From Eledone cirrhosa (taxonomy: Eukaryota), in assembly GCA_964016885.1 (NCBI GenBank), contig OZ024744.1, forward strand, positions 62,248,001-62,312,000: a stretch of DNA of 64,000 bases. Direction: 5' to 3'. The position numbers and the translations under genes were made by a program. Below the pieces are notes generated by a model. It was not told the DNA's origin. It saw nothing but the letters and a program-made list of their open reading frames with translations, and did no database searches. Below are positions 39,576 to 51,039 of the stretch, in pieces. Each line of letters starts with the position of its first letter. Position 1 is the stretch's first letter.

Positions 39576-39701
39576 ATATTTAATATAGAAATGGCTTCTA
39601 TAGGACTATAACTGTTTCATTTAGGAGAAATCAGGCTTCCTGATGATTTCTCCTGAATGAAACAGTTTGCGTCCTGTAGAAGCCATTTCCATATTAAATA
39701 T
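39576..39701. repeat. Hairpin (fold-back) element containing a hammerhead
   Basis: Arms of about 58 bp with a few mismatches around the spacer ggcttcctga. Confidence 0.88.
39634..39684 (+). ncRNA. Complete type I hammerhead ribozyme
   Basis: GGCUUC-CUGAUGA-U-UUC(UCCU)GAA-U-GAA-ACAG(UUUGCGUC)CUGU-A/GAAGCC; predicted cleavage after 39678. Confidence 0.78.
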
Positions 39702-39715
39702 ATATATATATATAA

Positions 39716-42394
39716 ACCAGTCTATTGGTGAGAGAAATAATGCCTGTCTCCCCGCGAGTGTTAAGGGTGACCTTCAATGGAAACCCAAGACTGACAGTCA
39801 TCTCAGCCTATAGTCCAACCGAGGAGGACAGTGATGCGAGTGCAGAAGAGTTCCATGAGGAGGTGTGTAGAGCTGTCAACACCACTCAAGCACACAACAT
39901 CCTGCTTGTTTTGGGGGACTTCAATGCACATCTGAGTAAGGAGGGCAGTGAAGATCCTTGTTAGTACTTCCATAACACCAACCGAAATGGAAGACTACTG
40001 AGAGACACCCTGCTGGAGGCGAACTTGATAGCGACTAACCTAGGGTTTAGGAAGAATCCGGGGAAGATGTGGACCTACATCTCAGATATGCACCTGTCCA
40101 AGTCCCAGATTGATTTCATTCTGGTGAGGAAAAAGTGGCGGAATAGTGTTCTGAACATAGAACCATACAACTATTTCAGTACACTGGGTAGTGATCACCA
40201 GCTTGTTATGAGTGAGGTCCGGGTGAGCTTAAGAAAGAGCAAGGCTCAGCCCCGGAGAGCAATCTATGATTGGGGAGCTTTCAAGGAAGATGATAAGCTA
40301 CAGGAGAGGTTCACAATGGAAGTGAGGAACAGGTTTAGTGCTCTGTGTGGAGAGATAGAGGAGAGAGAGATTGGATGGACTGAGGAGATTGTGACGAGGA
40401 GGTATGGGCACTTCACCAATGCAGTGGCGGAAGCAAGTGAAACCCTGGTGCCGAGGAAAAAGAACAAAAGGAAGCACGTCAGCTCTGCAAATCCAAAAGT
40501 GTGTGCAGCCAGAGAACACCTGAAAGCTGCCAAGGACCAATTCTATGCTGATCATACGGAGGAGAGGATGGAGACTGTGGAGGTAATGAGGGAAGAACTC
40601 TGTACCGCTTACACTGAGGCCAGAGAGGAGCCACTGATAGAGAAGATCAGAAGTGTGGAGAGAGCGGTTGACAGATCTGGATGTAAGGAGAGCTGGATGA
40701 TCATCAACGAGATCACAGGGAGGAAGAGAAGGTGTTCGAGTCAGATCCAGGGAACGGGGCCCGAGGATAGGAAGAGGAAATGGCTAGACCATTTTAGGAC
40801 CCTACTAGGAGAGCCAACCTCCACAGCCCAGAGCACTGGGGAGATCAGGCAGCTGTTTGAGGAACTGGATATTGAGACAGAGCCCTTCACCAGAGAGGAG
40901 CTTCAGAGAGCCAAGAAGAAGATCAAGGAGGGAAGGCTCATGGAGTAGATGGAGTGGCATCAGAGGTGATGAAGAGGTGTGATTTTGATGATATCATCCT
41001 GGGGTTCTGTAACCGGGCACTGGAGAAATGAGTTGCCCCGAATCAGTGGAGGATCAGTAACATCGTCCCAGTGCCAAAGAAAGGAGATCTCTCTAACACC
41101 AACAACTACAGGGGGAACTCACTGACGTCACTTGTGGCAAAGACTCTCAACAGGATGATTCTTAATAGGATCCAGCCTGAGATGGAGAAGAAGCTCAGGG
41201 ACAACCAGAACGGCTTCAGAGAGGGAAGATCAACCACCAGTCACATCCTGATGCTGAGGAGGATATTAGAGGGAGCTAGAGCAAAGTGCCTTCCTGCGGT
41301 CATGGTTTTCATTGACTTTAGGAAGGCCTTTGATTCTGTGGACCGTCACTGCCTGATGAAGATCTTACAGGCTTATGGAATCCCCAAGAGGATAGTGGAC
41401 CTGATATCACTGCTCTACACCAACACCAAAGCCCAAGTCATTACACCTGATGGGATGACAGAGTTCTTTGAGATACTGGTTGGAGTGCTCCAGGGAGATA
41501 CATTGGCTCCCTACCTTTTTATCATCGTAGTGGACTATTGTATGCGCCTTGCACTGGAGAAACACCAGGACTCTGGCTTTACTGTAGCACCGGCTCAGAG
41601 CAGGACAGTTAAGGCGAAAAAGGTATCAGATGCTGAATTTGCCGACAACATAGTTTTGGTGACAGATACAGTGAAGGAGGCAGTGGATTTGATGCGGGAG
41701 GTTGAAACTGTTGATGAGTGTGGGGCTGAGAATGAATGAGACTAAAAAAAAATATCTGGTAGAGAATGTTGAGAAGCCAGAGGGGATCACTAATGTAGGC
41801 TGGAAGCTGCTACAATTGGTTGAGGGCTTCCTGTATTTGGGAGCAAAGATTGGGAATACGGAAGATGATGTGATTGAGAGGAAGAGCAAAGCCTGGGCGG
41901 CGTGCCACAGCTTGAGATCGGTGTGGAAGTTGGACCTTCGTAAAGACCTGAAAATCCGCCTCTTCATTGCTGTAGTGGAGTCTGTGCTGCTGTAAGGGTC
42001 TGAGACTTGGACACTGACCAAGAAACTCACTCAGATGGTGGATGAGTGCTACACGAGAATGCTGAGGATGGCTCTGAACATTAATCAGTATACACTGAGG
42101 ATGAAAAACTCAGAGCTGTCTGGGAGCCTCCCAAAAATCAGCTCAAAAGTGATACAGAGGAGACTGAGGTTAGCTGGACATGCTCACCGACATCCCGAGT
42201 TGACATTGCACTCAGTGCTCCTGTGGGAGCCCCTACATGGACACACTGGAAGAGGAAGACCAAGGTTAACGTATGTTGATGCCCTAAGGACAGACACTGG
42301 TCTGTTGGAGACGCAGGACATGGCAGAGATAATGAGGGACAGAGACCGCTGGCGAGAACTCGTCCATGGATCTCGGGAATTTTACCCGCCCTAG
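39716..42394 (+). mobile_element. RTE-group LINE (distinct family, no PHD), 5'-truncated and decayed
   Basis: SAYSPT, LGDFNAH, QIDFIL, SDH, NYRG.SL, QNGFR, FIDFRKAFD, GVLQGDTLAP, FADN, FLYLG, RRLRLAGH, GRPR; (TA)n on both sides. Confidence 0.9.
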
Positions 42395-42481
42395 ATATAT
42401 ATATATATATATATATATGAAAAGATCCTGAATATTTTCATATTACCCACTCTACTACCCCTAGTATCTTACCTTCTTTGT

Positions 42482-42512
<31 letters not shown>

Positions 42513-42610
42513 AATGAGTTATATGACTTGTTGATTATTCAACAAAGTTAATTTTACAACAGATTAGAAACACTCAACAAATTTATCTGGAGAATCATTA
42601 ATATTAATAA

Positions 42611-43016
42611 TATTAATAAATGGAAAATATCTTTATAAAACCATATTTATTTTATTATACAAATTTCAAAGGTACTAATATTTAAGTACGCTTTCGTCAG
42701 ATAAAATATAATTGTTTCTACTTTTGGCACAAGGCCAGCAATTATCCAGTGCATTACTGGTACTTTATTTTATCGACCCCGTAAGGATGAAAGGCAAAGT
42801 TAACCTCGGCGGGATTTGAACTCAGTCCGTAAAGGGACGTAACTACGCTGCAAAGTATAGCATCTGACCCTAGTGACATATCTTCATGTGAACTTATAAC
42901 ATGAAGTTCACATGAAGGTATGTTATCTGACGAAAGCGTACAAAAATATTAGTACCCTTGAAATTTGTATAATAAAATAAATATGGTTTTATAAAGATAT
43001 TTCCCATTTATTAATA
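42611..43016. repeat. Fold-back element with arms of about 110 bp, left arm interrupted by a SINE
   Basis: tattaataaatgg...gtacgctttcgtcagataa[SINE]catatcttcatgtgaactt versus aagttcacatgaaggtatgttatctgacgaaagcgtac...ccatttattaata. Confidence 0.88.
42713..42870 (-). mobile_element. tRNA-SINE, 5'-truncated
   Basis: Matches 56181-56330. Confidence 0.88.
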
Positions 43017-43693
43017 GACATATACACACACACACACGCGCGTGTGTGTGCGCGTGTGTGTGACATTTTGAATTTCAGTTTTGTATGTCCAGAAGCACAA
43101 GTTATTTTTGTAGACAAAGGTATAAACTTACACACGAGTATAGATTAGTATACACAGTACATTAAAAATACAAGCAATACATATGGAATTATGAATATGT
43201 AATGTGAGTCTGTTTGAAGGTTAGGTAGGTGTTAAACCCACCCCTTATTCAACATTCCATAGCGTTATAGCAAAAATGGATTCTAGTGGGACTGAAGTAA
43301 ACATATACAGTTGTAAAAGATACCATCGATCATCAGTGAACAGCTGGTGGCACAATGGTAAATACTTGGGTGTGAACTAGAGGATGAAATCTGATTCACA
43401 CCTGGCTCTTTCTCTTCTCTCTCTCTATATATATTTTTTTTATTACTGTTTATTGTATGTACAATCTTTCCATAAAGTATGTATGTTTAAAAATCTTAGA
43501 CAAATAATAATGCACTGTGTGTGTCTAGGTTGCACAGGTACATAAGTCACACCTCCGTTTTATGTATGTTTACAATGTACTATATATTTTGAATTGAGCT
43601 TTTTGTATGTCATATTTTCAAGGAAAAATTGTAACCTACACTAATATAGACAATATATATATAGAAGTGGTAACAACAGTTAGTTCACCATAC

Positions 43694-43731
43694 CGAGAAC
43701 AATTGTTTCACCTTAGCGGATCCTCAGCTCG
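43694..43731 (-). ncRNA. Minimal type I hammerhead ribozyme
   Basis: CGAG-CUGAGGA-U-CC(GCUAA)GG-U-GAAAC(AAUU)GUU/CUCG; stem I extendable by ACCAU/AUGGU; palindromic stem III loop. Confidence 0.75.
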
Positions 43732-43780
43732 TAATGGTCATGGCTATACGGAACAGGAAAGACAACCATATGAACGTGCA

Positions 43781-43925
43781 TACTTTGGGAGGGTCATGCT
43801 GCCAATAAAAACACATGCACTAGTTAAGTTTCGCTTCAATTTATTATATTTTCTTATTGGTTAGTTTAATAACGGATGGTCTTTAATTGTTGATTGTCAA
43901 AGTTCTTTCACCACATCTTACTGAA
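43781..43925 (-). mobile_element. Penelope terminal repeat remnant
   Basis: tactttgggagggtcatgctgccaataaaaacacatgcac matches 11771-11815. Confidence 0.78.
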
Positions 43926-44089
43926 TGAGAGAGAGAGAGAGAGTGAGATGGTAACATACAGCGTTTCTAAGGCATTTTAAGCTTAGCTTGGCCCATCCTC
44001 CTTCCGGTCTGAACACATCAGATTTCTTCCAGAGATGGATAGAAATTTAAAGAGAGTAAGTGAGAAAGAGACAGAGGAAGGAACCCAAT

Positions 44090-44220
44090 AAGACTGGTAG
44101 TTTTTTTTTTTATCAACCTCAAAGTTGACCTTAGAAGGATTTGAACTAAGAACATAGAGAGCTGGAATGAATACTGCAAAGCATTCTATCCAACGCCCCA
44201 ACAACTGCCAATTCGCTGCC
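44090..44220 (-). mobile_element. Diverged tRNA-SINE
   Basis: ggatttgaact (B box complement) and ctgccaattcgctgcc (head). Confidence 0.55.
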
Positions 44221-44450
44221 ATAGATAGATATGCACAAATGTATGGAGAGAGAGAGAGATGTAAAAATATATCTATATATATAGGAAAAGTTTTAAAATG
44301 CAATTTGAGTCTTTAAAAAGATTTATTAATAACTTTACCAGTTTCCCATTTGAATAATTTTGAGATTGAGGGATGTGTGACTGTGGTATATACCCATGTG
44401 GGATATAAAATAAAAACTTTCATATATGTATGCGTATGCATATATATATA

Positions 44451-45371
44451 CTAGCAGTGGTACCCGGCGTTGCACGGGATAAGGTATTTTGGAACGTGGG
44501 CTGCCAACAGACCTAATCGTGGAAAAACTGCATGCCTGGACAATATGTAAAGAAAATAAACCGAATACTCTGATGGCTGGATAATCTTTAAGATTTTCCT
44601 CAATGAAGCAGGAAAAATGCCGGTTTTCACATAATGCGGGCTCATAGGGGATCACATAATGCGGGCTAATAGGGGATCAAAAAAGTAATTTTTTTTTATG
44701 TGCATAATATGCCTTGAAATTTCGGGAAAAATCGGCTAGACGTAACGCTTCCAAAAAGCCCTAAAAAGCTGAAAAAAAATGAACTTTTTCACCTAATGCG
44801 GGCCCTAGGCCATAAAAAAGTTGGATTTTCTTTGCTCACGGTATGAAGAAGAGACTGACTAATACATGGTTACAATTTCAAGAAATCGGCCTGACGTAAC
44901 GCCTCAAAAAAACCCTAAAAAGCTTAAAAAGCGCAGTTTTTCACCTAAGAGATCAAAAAGTTGAATTTTTTATGTGCATACCACTCCCTGAAACATAAGT
45001 AATACACATGTAAAGTTTGAAAACAAATTGGTTGGGTACTTCGAGTTTTAGGGATTCAAACTCACAGACACAGACATCCTCAGGGAAGTGACGTAATGCA
45101 GACAGCCAGACATACAGACAGATATTATAAGGGCGCGACGTTATATGTATGTATGTATCTAAAAAGAGAAAGACTAAGAATTATAGAGAGAGATCGCTAA
45201 ATCGCCTAATGCGGTCCCTAGAGCATTGAAAATTTGAAATTTTTTTTGCTCAGAACACTCCCTGAAACGTAAGTATTACATGTGTAAAGTTTGAAAACAG
45301 TCGGTTGGGTGGTTCTCGAGTTTTAGGGATTCAAACTCACACACACACATCCTCAGTTTTATATATATAGA
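44451..45371 (-). mobile_element. Non-autonomous Helitron
   Basis: Minus strand begins A|TCTATATATATAAAA and ends CCCGTGCAACGCCGGG hairpin-taccactg-CTAG|T; internal direct repeats (taatgcggg..., aaagtttgaaaac...). Confidence 0.8.
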
Positions 45372-45393
45372 TATGTATGTGTATGTATATGTA

Positions 45394-45427
<34 letters not shown>

Positions 45428-45591
45428 AGATACTTTTTGTCTAGGCAATTCTTACTGTTGTATTACTTCTAAAAAATTGTTTTTAATTTTAAATTAGAAC
45501 TAGCTTAAAGTTCTAATGATGGCTATCTTTAGCACTCTGGATGACCTAGGCATATGTCAGACAATATGATTAATAATTTTATGTATTAATC

Positions 45592-45632
<41 letters not shown>

Positions 45633-45633
<1 letters not shown>

Positions 45634-45958
45634 GGCCGTGTAGGCAACACGGTAAAAACCTCCCAGCCCCACACTGTAAATGTGGTTGGTGTTAGGAAGG
45701 GCATCCAGCTGTAGAAAACCCGCCAGACAGTCCACGCTGTAATGTGGCCGTGTAGGCAACACGGTAAAAACCTCCCAGCCCCACACTGTAAATGTGGTTG
45801 GTGTTAGGAAGGGCATCCAACTGTAGAAAACCCGCCAGACAGTCCTATGCGAGCAAGACAACCACTCTTGCCTCAAGTGGGAAAACCCCCGTCCAAACCC
45901 ATGCAAGCGTGGAACACGGACGCTAAACCTGATGATGATGATGATGATGATGATGATA
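45633..45958 (+). mobile_element. RTE subfamily A 3' UTR-only insertion with a 112-bp tandem duplication
   Basis: Matches 3687-3899; unit starts at 45633 and 45745. Confidence 0.92.
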
Positions 45959-46379
45959 TATATGCAGTAGTGATAGAGTAAATCATCAGATTCAACTGAA
46001 TACATACGCATGTCTGTATGCATGAACAACAAAGAATAAATGAGTTGAGAGAAAAAAACTAGGTATAAGAGGAATCCTATGTAGAGTGCAAATGAGAAGA
46101 CTTCATTGGTATGGTTATGTAATTACCATAGTTTGATCATTGGGTGAAGAAGTGGCAAGAGTTCCCAGTTGAAGGACGGTGTGGAAGAGGTGAGCTGTTA
46201 GAGTGCATGAATAGCAAAGCACAGATCAGTTGAGAGAAAAACATAAGTGGTGTAGGAGATAGAAAACGTGCATAAATGAGGATTGTTAGGTGAAAAAGTC
46301 TAAGATGTTTCAAGTGAAAGGAAACCATGGGAGAGAAAAATGTAGCAGTTCATGAAAAAAAAAAAAAAGATATTGATAC

Positions 46380-46495
46380 CATAAGTACCAGATTTTACAA
46401 AGAAATGTACTGGGCTCAATGATTAATTAAGTCATCCCGTGATAGCAGTGCCCAGCATAACAGCCTAATGACTGAAACCACTATAAGAATAAAAA
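46380..46495 (+). mobile_element. Decayed SINE 3' half with CR1-like tail
   Basis: ataagtaccag...tactggg...gtgcccagcataacagcctaatgactgaaacc...aagaataaaa. Confidence 0.55.
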
Positions 46496-46564
46496 GCTGG
46501 TTATAATAATTACAAAATTTCTAAGATATATTATTAAAACAACTCTGCTTCACGGTTTCAACTA

Positions 46565-46915
46565 CTAATCCACACTGTAAGGTGGTCATGTAGGTGTCGC
46601 AACAAAAAGTGCCCAGTCCACACTGTAAAGTCGTTGTGTAGGTTGTCACAACAAAAAGTACCCAGCCGACACTGTAAAGTAATCGTGTTAAAGTCACTAC
46701 AAAAAGTACCCAGCCCACACTGTAAAGTGATCGTGTAAAAGTCACTACAACTGTAAATGTGGTTGGCGTTAGGAAAGCTTCCAACCGTAGAAAGCAAACC
46801 AGAAACAGTTCAGTTCTGTGTGAGCAAGACACGATCACCTGACCCAACTTGCCTCAAACAGGACAACCCCGATAATCCATGCTAGCGTGAAAAAAAATGG
46901 ATGTTAAACGATGAT
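46565..46915 (+). mobile_element. RTE 3' UTR remnant with about four tandem ~45-nt modules
   Basis: Repeated caaaaagt(a/g)cccag(c/t)ccacactgtaaagt..gtgt, then ggttggcgttaggaaagc...ccatgctagcgtg...gttaaacgatgat. Confidence 0.85.
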
Positions 46916-48070
46916 AATAATAATAATAATGAAATTATTGTGTAAAGTGCTCAGGTGCACTACAACTCGTCAAGAAAGTACATAGAATAATACACAAATG
47001 TCAGGGAAGTACATGTGTGTATGTGTTAGCTGTAGTGTTGGCGGATCTCGGGAAGCATAGAGGCCTTAAAGGATGCAGTGTCTCGACAGCTAACAACTGA
47101 TGCAGGTAGTTTGTTCCATGCTTCAGCAACTCTGAGCGTGAAAAAATGTTTCCGAAAGTCATGGGAACTGTGCTGTTTTCTTACTTTGTGGGCATGTCCA
47201 CGTGTGTTAGACACATGGAAATCGAAAAGGCACTCAGGGTTGTTGTTGGCAACATGGTTAACAATTTTGTGGGTGTTTACCAAGTCAGTTGCCAGGCGTC
47301 GGAGCTTCAATGAATCCATGCCCAGGGAAGCAAGGCGCTCAGAGTATGGTAGATGCCTGATGAAGGGTATTCACTTGGTTGCACATCTCTGAACAGTTTC
47401 CAGGCGGTCAATGTCCTGAGCAAGATAGGGGTTCCAGACTGGTGATGCAAATTCTAAGTGTGGTCGCACCATAGCTGTATACAGCCTTAAATAGATATCT
47501 GGAGAGCGGCTGACAAAGGTCTTGCTGAGTGATGCTAAGACACCCTCGGCCCTCTTGACAATTTTAAAGACGTGCCTCGTCCAATGCAAATCGCTGCTGA
47601 CCGTAATGCCCAGGTCACGTTCACGGGAAGACTTCTTGATATTAGTGCTGTGGAGGGAGTATGTGGACGCTGGGTTTTTACTCCCAAAATGCATGGTGGT
47701 GCACTTGTCCACAGCTAGCTTGAGTTGCCAGTCTGAGATCCACTGTTGCATTGTGTCCAGGTCAGACTGCAAGCAAGATCTATAGTGTTCAGGATCTGTC
47801 CTTTTTATCTCAAGGTACAGCTTGATGTCGTCTGCGTACTTTAGTACTGTGGCATTCCTTAAGTTGGCATCTCTGTCATTAATATATGCCACAAACAAAA
47901 GGGGGCCAAGAACAGATCCCTGAGGTACACCAGATGACATCTCATATGGTGAGGAATGCTGTCCCAGAACCGTGACTACCTCTCTTCGACTGAGAATCAA
48001 GGACTTCAACCAGTTAAAAAGATCACCCTTCACACCCATTGCAGAGAGTTTTGCCATAAGCCTTTTGTGT
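46916..48070 (-). mobile_element. CR1 LINE 3' fragment
   Basis: SGVPQGSVLGPLLF, YADD, RDLGI, RPHLEFASPVWNP, TRGH, FFTLRVAEAWNKLP; (ATT)n tail. Confidence 0.92.
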
Positions 48071-48182
48071 GATATATACTAGAATGTTACTCATCATATG
48101 ACAGGTAATTTGAGGAGGATCATCCCCCACTCCCTCGCAGTGGGTAACCTTGAGTAAATAAAAATGTATAAACATATTGACC

Positions 48183-48213
<31 letters not shown>

Positions 48214-48380
48214 TTCACTAGACCTGTATTTGACTAACAATTCATTATATTGCTCATGTTCAAACAGTACTAATATATTATTAAATAAAGAAGCGATATG
48301 TAAACAATGAAAATAATTCGAGAAAAGGAATATATTTTTCATATATGTTTATTCCATTCATAAAAAATAATTTTTTTTTT

Positions 48381-48540
48381 TCTACTTTAGGCACAAGGCC
48401 AGCAATTACTCAGTACATTACTGGTACTTTATTTTATCGACCCCGTAAGGATGAAAGGCAAAGTTAACCTCGGCCGGATTTGAACTCAGATCATAAAGGG
48501 ACGTAACTATGCTGGAAAGCATGTCCGACCCTCTACCGAT
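48381..48540 (-). mobile_element. tRNA-SINE, slightly 5'-truncated
   Basis: Matches 56181-56350. Confidence 0.88.
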
Positions 48541-49149
48541 GGAGTGTGAAAAGGAAACAAATTTCACGTCTGATCACTTTAGCGTTCATTCTTTGCCTCT
48601 CCCCTATCCCACTTCACCTGCTACTTCAGTCAGAATGTGTATTCCTCCTTCAACGTATATGTTAATTCTCTCAGTATCTTTTACTTTCTCTACTTCTCCC
48701 AATATATAACAAACGCGACATCTGACAGCGGACTTACTAATCAACCAACATAATCAAGTAATATTTGTTAGCGGTAATAGAAAATTAAAAGAATTGAATT
48801 AAAATAATCAAGATATAAATTCTAAAATTATTCAGGTGATTTGTTTTGTTTTTATTTTATTGGGGGGGAGGAGGGGGGCTGAAAGACTTTTGTTACGTTA
48901 AATTATAAAATTATTTGTTGAAAACGATATTCTACACACATAGTAACTATCTCTCCTCGGCCATTCTTGTTCTGGAGTCAGAGTTTTCCTCTATCCTTTG
49001 TCCTTGAGACCAACCCTGCAGGTATTCTATGAGAGAGAGAGTACAGATTAGTGAATGGCTTGTTTCCACACCTCACAATCTGAAGCTATTGCTGACCACT
49101 GCTGATGGTCAACATGACATGCTTGAATCTTCTTTTCTTTAGTGCCCCT

Positions 49150-49360
49150 TTGTTACGGTGGCCAGTGGATATTTCATCATACAGTGCAAGCTAGAGCAGG
49201 CCTTGGCAGCCTGGCGGAGGCCGTCAGGGACAAAGACAAGATCCGTGACACACCCACCCCTTGCTGCTATCGATGCCAAGCACCATGATTTGGGCCGGAT
49301 ATACCATGTGTATGGTGATAAGCACTTTATCGGGTGACTCAGCCAACCACCTGTCCGAGC
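49150..49360 (-). mobile_element. Tc1/mariner transposase fragment
   Basis: Minus-strand ggttggctgagtcacccgataaag...cttggcatcgatagcagcaagggg...tctttgtccc matches 55674-55772. Confidence 0.7.
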
Positions 49361-49399
49361 AGGCAATGATTCTTCATCCTGGAAACATGGACTTAAAGC

Positions 49400-49800
49400 T
49401 GCTAACCTGTGTCTATCGAAGGACTTCAATATTGGTAACAACGTCACTCCAGTGGACGCTGTAAATGATATGGAGGCAATGGCAGTAGAATCTTACAGGA
49501 GGGAATGAGGTCGGTAAACAGCTCTGAACATTCTGATCTCTGTACCTTTACTAAGATACTTGTTGCAGACATGGTTTTTTTAAACATCCCATCAAATGTG
49601 CTGCCTTTGCAAGTCTGTTACCAACTTCTTTGCTAACCTGTGCATTTGATGTGATGGTGCACCCCAAGTAAATGGACCAGTGGATTGTCTTTAGCCCATT
49701 TTTGCTAATGTTGAAATGGGGGAAGAGGACAGAGGTAATTTTCCTGACATGTGCATTAGTAAAGAACTTGACTTCTAGCTAACTTCCATTTCAAAGATCT
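49400..49800 (-). mobile_element. Decayed RTE (BovB-like) RT C-terminal fragment
   Basis: Minus-strand YLGCTI...KEVGNRLAKA and HWSDVVTNIEVL remnants. Confidence 0.6.
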
Positions 49801-49974
49801 CAGCTGCTTCTAATAAGATGTTACACACTGTGGAACTAACTGCATGGGCAACAAGGAAACTACTGCCAACAAAGGGTAACACCTGGACGAGTTGCTTTTC
49901 ACGTGAAACTGTAGTTACCTCCGGTTGAACAGGTGATAATGGTTGTAGAAACCATAAAACCTCATCAAGGCACT

Positions 49975-50085
49975 ATATTTTATTGTTATTTATATTTTTT
50001 TTACACGTTAGATATGTAAAGCCCCACTGTCCCTGTCTATTGTATTGTCCCCTATATGTAGGCCCTTGTGGCCAATAAAATTATT
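49975..50085 (+). mobile_element. Tx1 3' UTR remnant
   Basis: atgtaaagcccc...ttgtattgtcccc...gcccttgtggccaataaaa resembles 11540-11600. Confidence 0.6.
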
Positions 50086-50668
50086 TTTATATCAATACTA
50101 GCAGAATGGCATTCTAAACATAGATAGGCATATTTATCCCTCCTTTCTGAAACAGTTTCGTCGTATGTTCACCAATTGGTGCAGAAGTCCTAATAAAAAG
50201 TGAAGTCGCCTTGGGTGAATAGGCAAATAATTTTCCATTAAGATTTTTCAAAAGCATGTAATTGCGTTCCTTCTCTTTTTTGTTGTTGTTTTTGCTGCTG
50301 TTGGTGTGATAGCGTCCGTTGGTCGTACTACTAACACAGTCTAGTCCTTCAGCCAATCGTGTATATCCCCTTCTGCCTCGTCAGAAATGAGAACAATATT
50401 TGTTCTAGGGTTCTTATATATTTGATATATATTTATCCTTATCGAGCCTCGTGAAATAAATACGTTTGTTTATATTTTGTATGCAAACATATCTGTACAC
50501 GAATATATAATTATATATATATATATATATATATTAGTCCAGAAATAGCCGTCGAAGTCATACTTTTTCCTATTACCCACTCTACTACCCTAAGTATTGA
50601 GTACTCTGGTGCGTTATGGTCCTTCTGGTTGCTTACCACAATTCCTTCGTTATATATATATATATATA

Positions 50669-50751
50669 TAGAAGTGGTTACACAAGAGTTAGTTCACCAT
50701 ACCGAGAACAATTATCGGTATGGTGAACTAACTGTTGTGTAACCACTTCTA
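50669..50751. repeat. Hairpin element related to the 43661-43731 hammerhead family
   Basis: agaagtggttacacaagagttagttcaccataccga-gaacaatta-tcggtatggtgaactaactgttgtgtaaccacttct, inside (TA)n. Confidence 0.85.
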
Positions 50752-50983
50752 CCTAACTCATCCCATGGACTGACTGCTCTACCACTACGGATATTACCTT
50801 CCAGTGTTCTACCACTATATATATATATATATAATAAAATAACAGATTAAAGTCTAAGCAAAGAATCGCTGCTTTCACCCTTAACGGGATCTTCTGAAAC
50901 TAAAAAAAAATCCATCTGTGAACGCAGAAGTAAATATTTCGAAAAACGTTACACACTATATATATATATATATATACACACAC

Positions 50984-51033
<50 letters not shown>

Positions 51034-51039
51034 GATAGT

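Noticed and set aside
46565-46760. CRISPR-like regularly spaced repeats
   Set aside because: Tandem degenerate modules with no unique spacers, part of an RTE 3' UTR; eukaryotic context and no cas genes
50114-50356. 80-aa minus-strand ORF (MAEGLD...) as a host exon or Helitron helicase end
   Set aside because: No convincing motif or splice context; only a nearby CTAG without a clear hairpin
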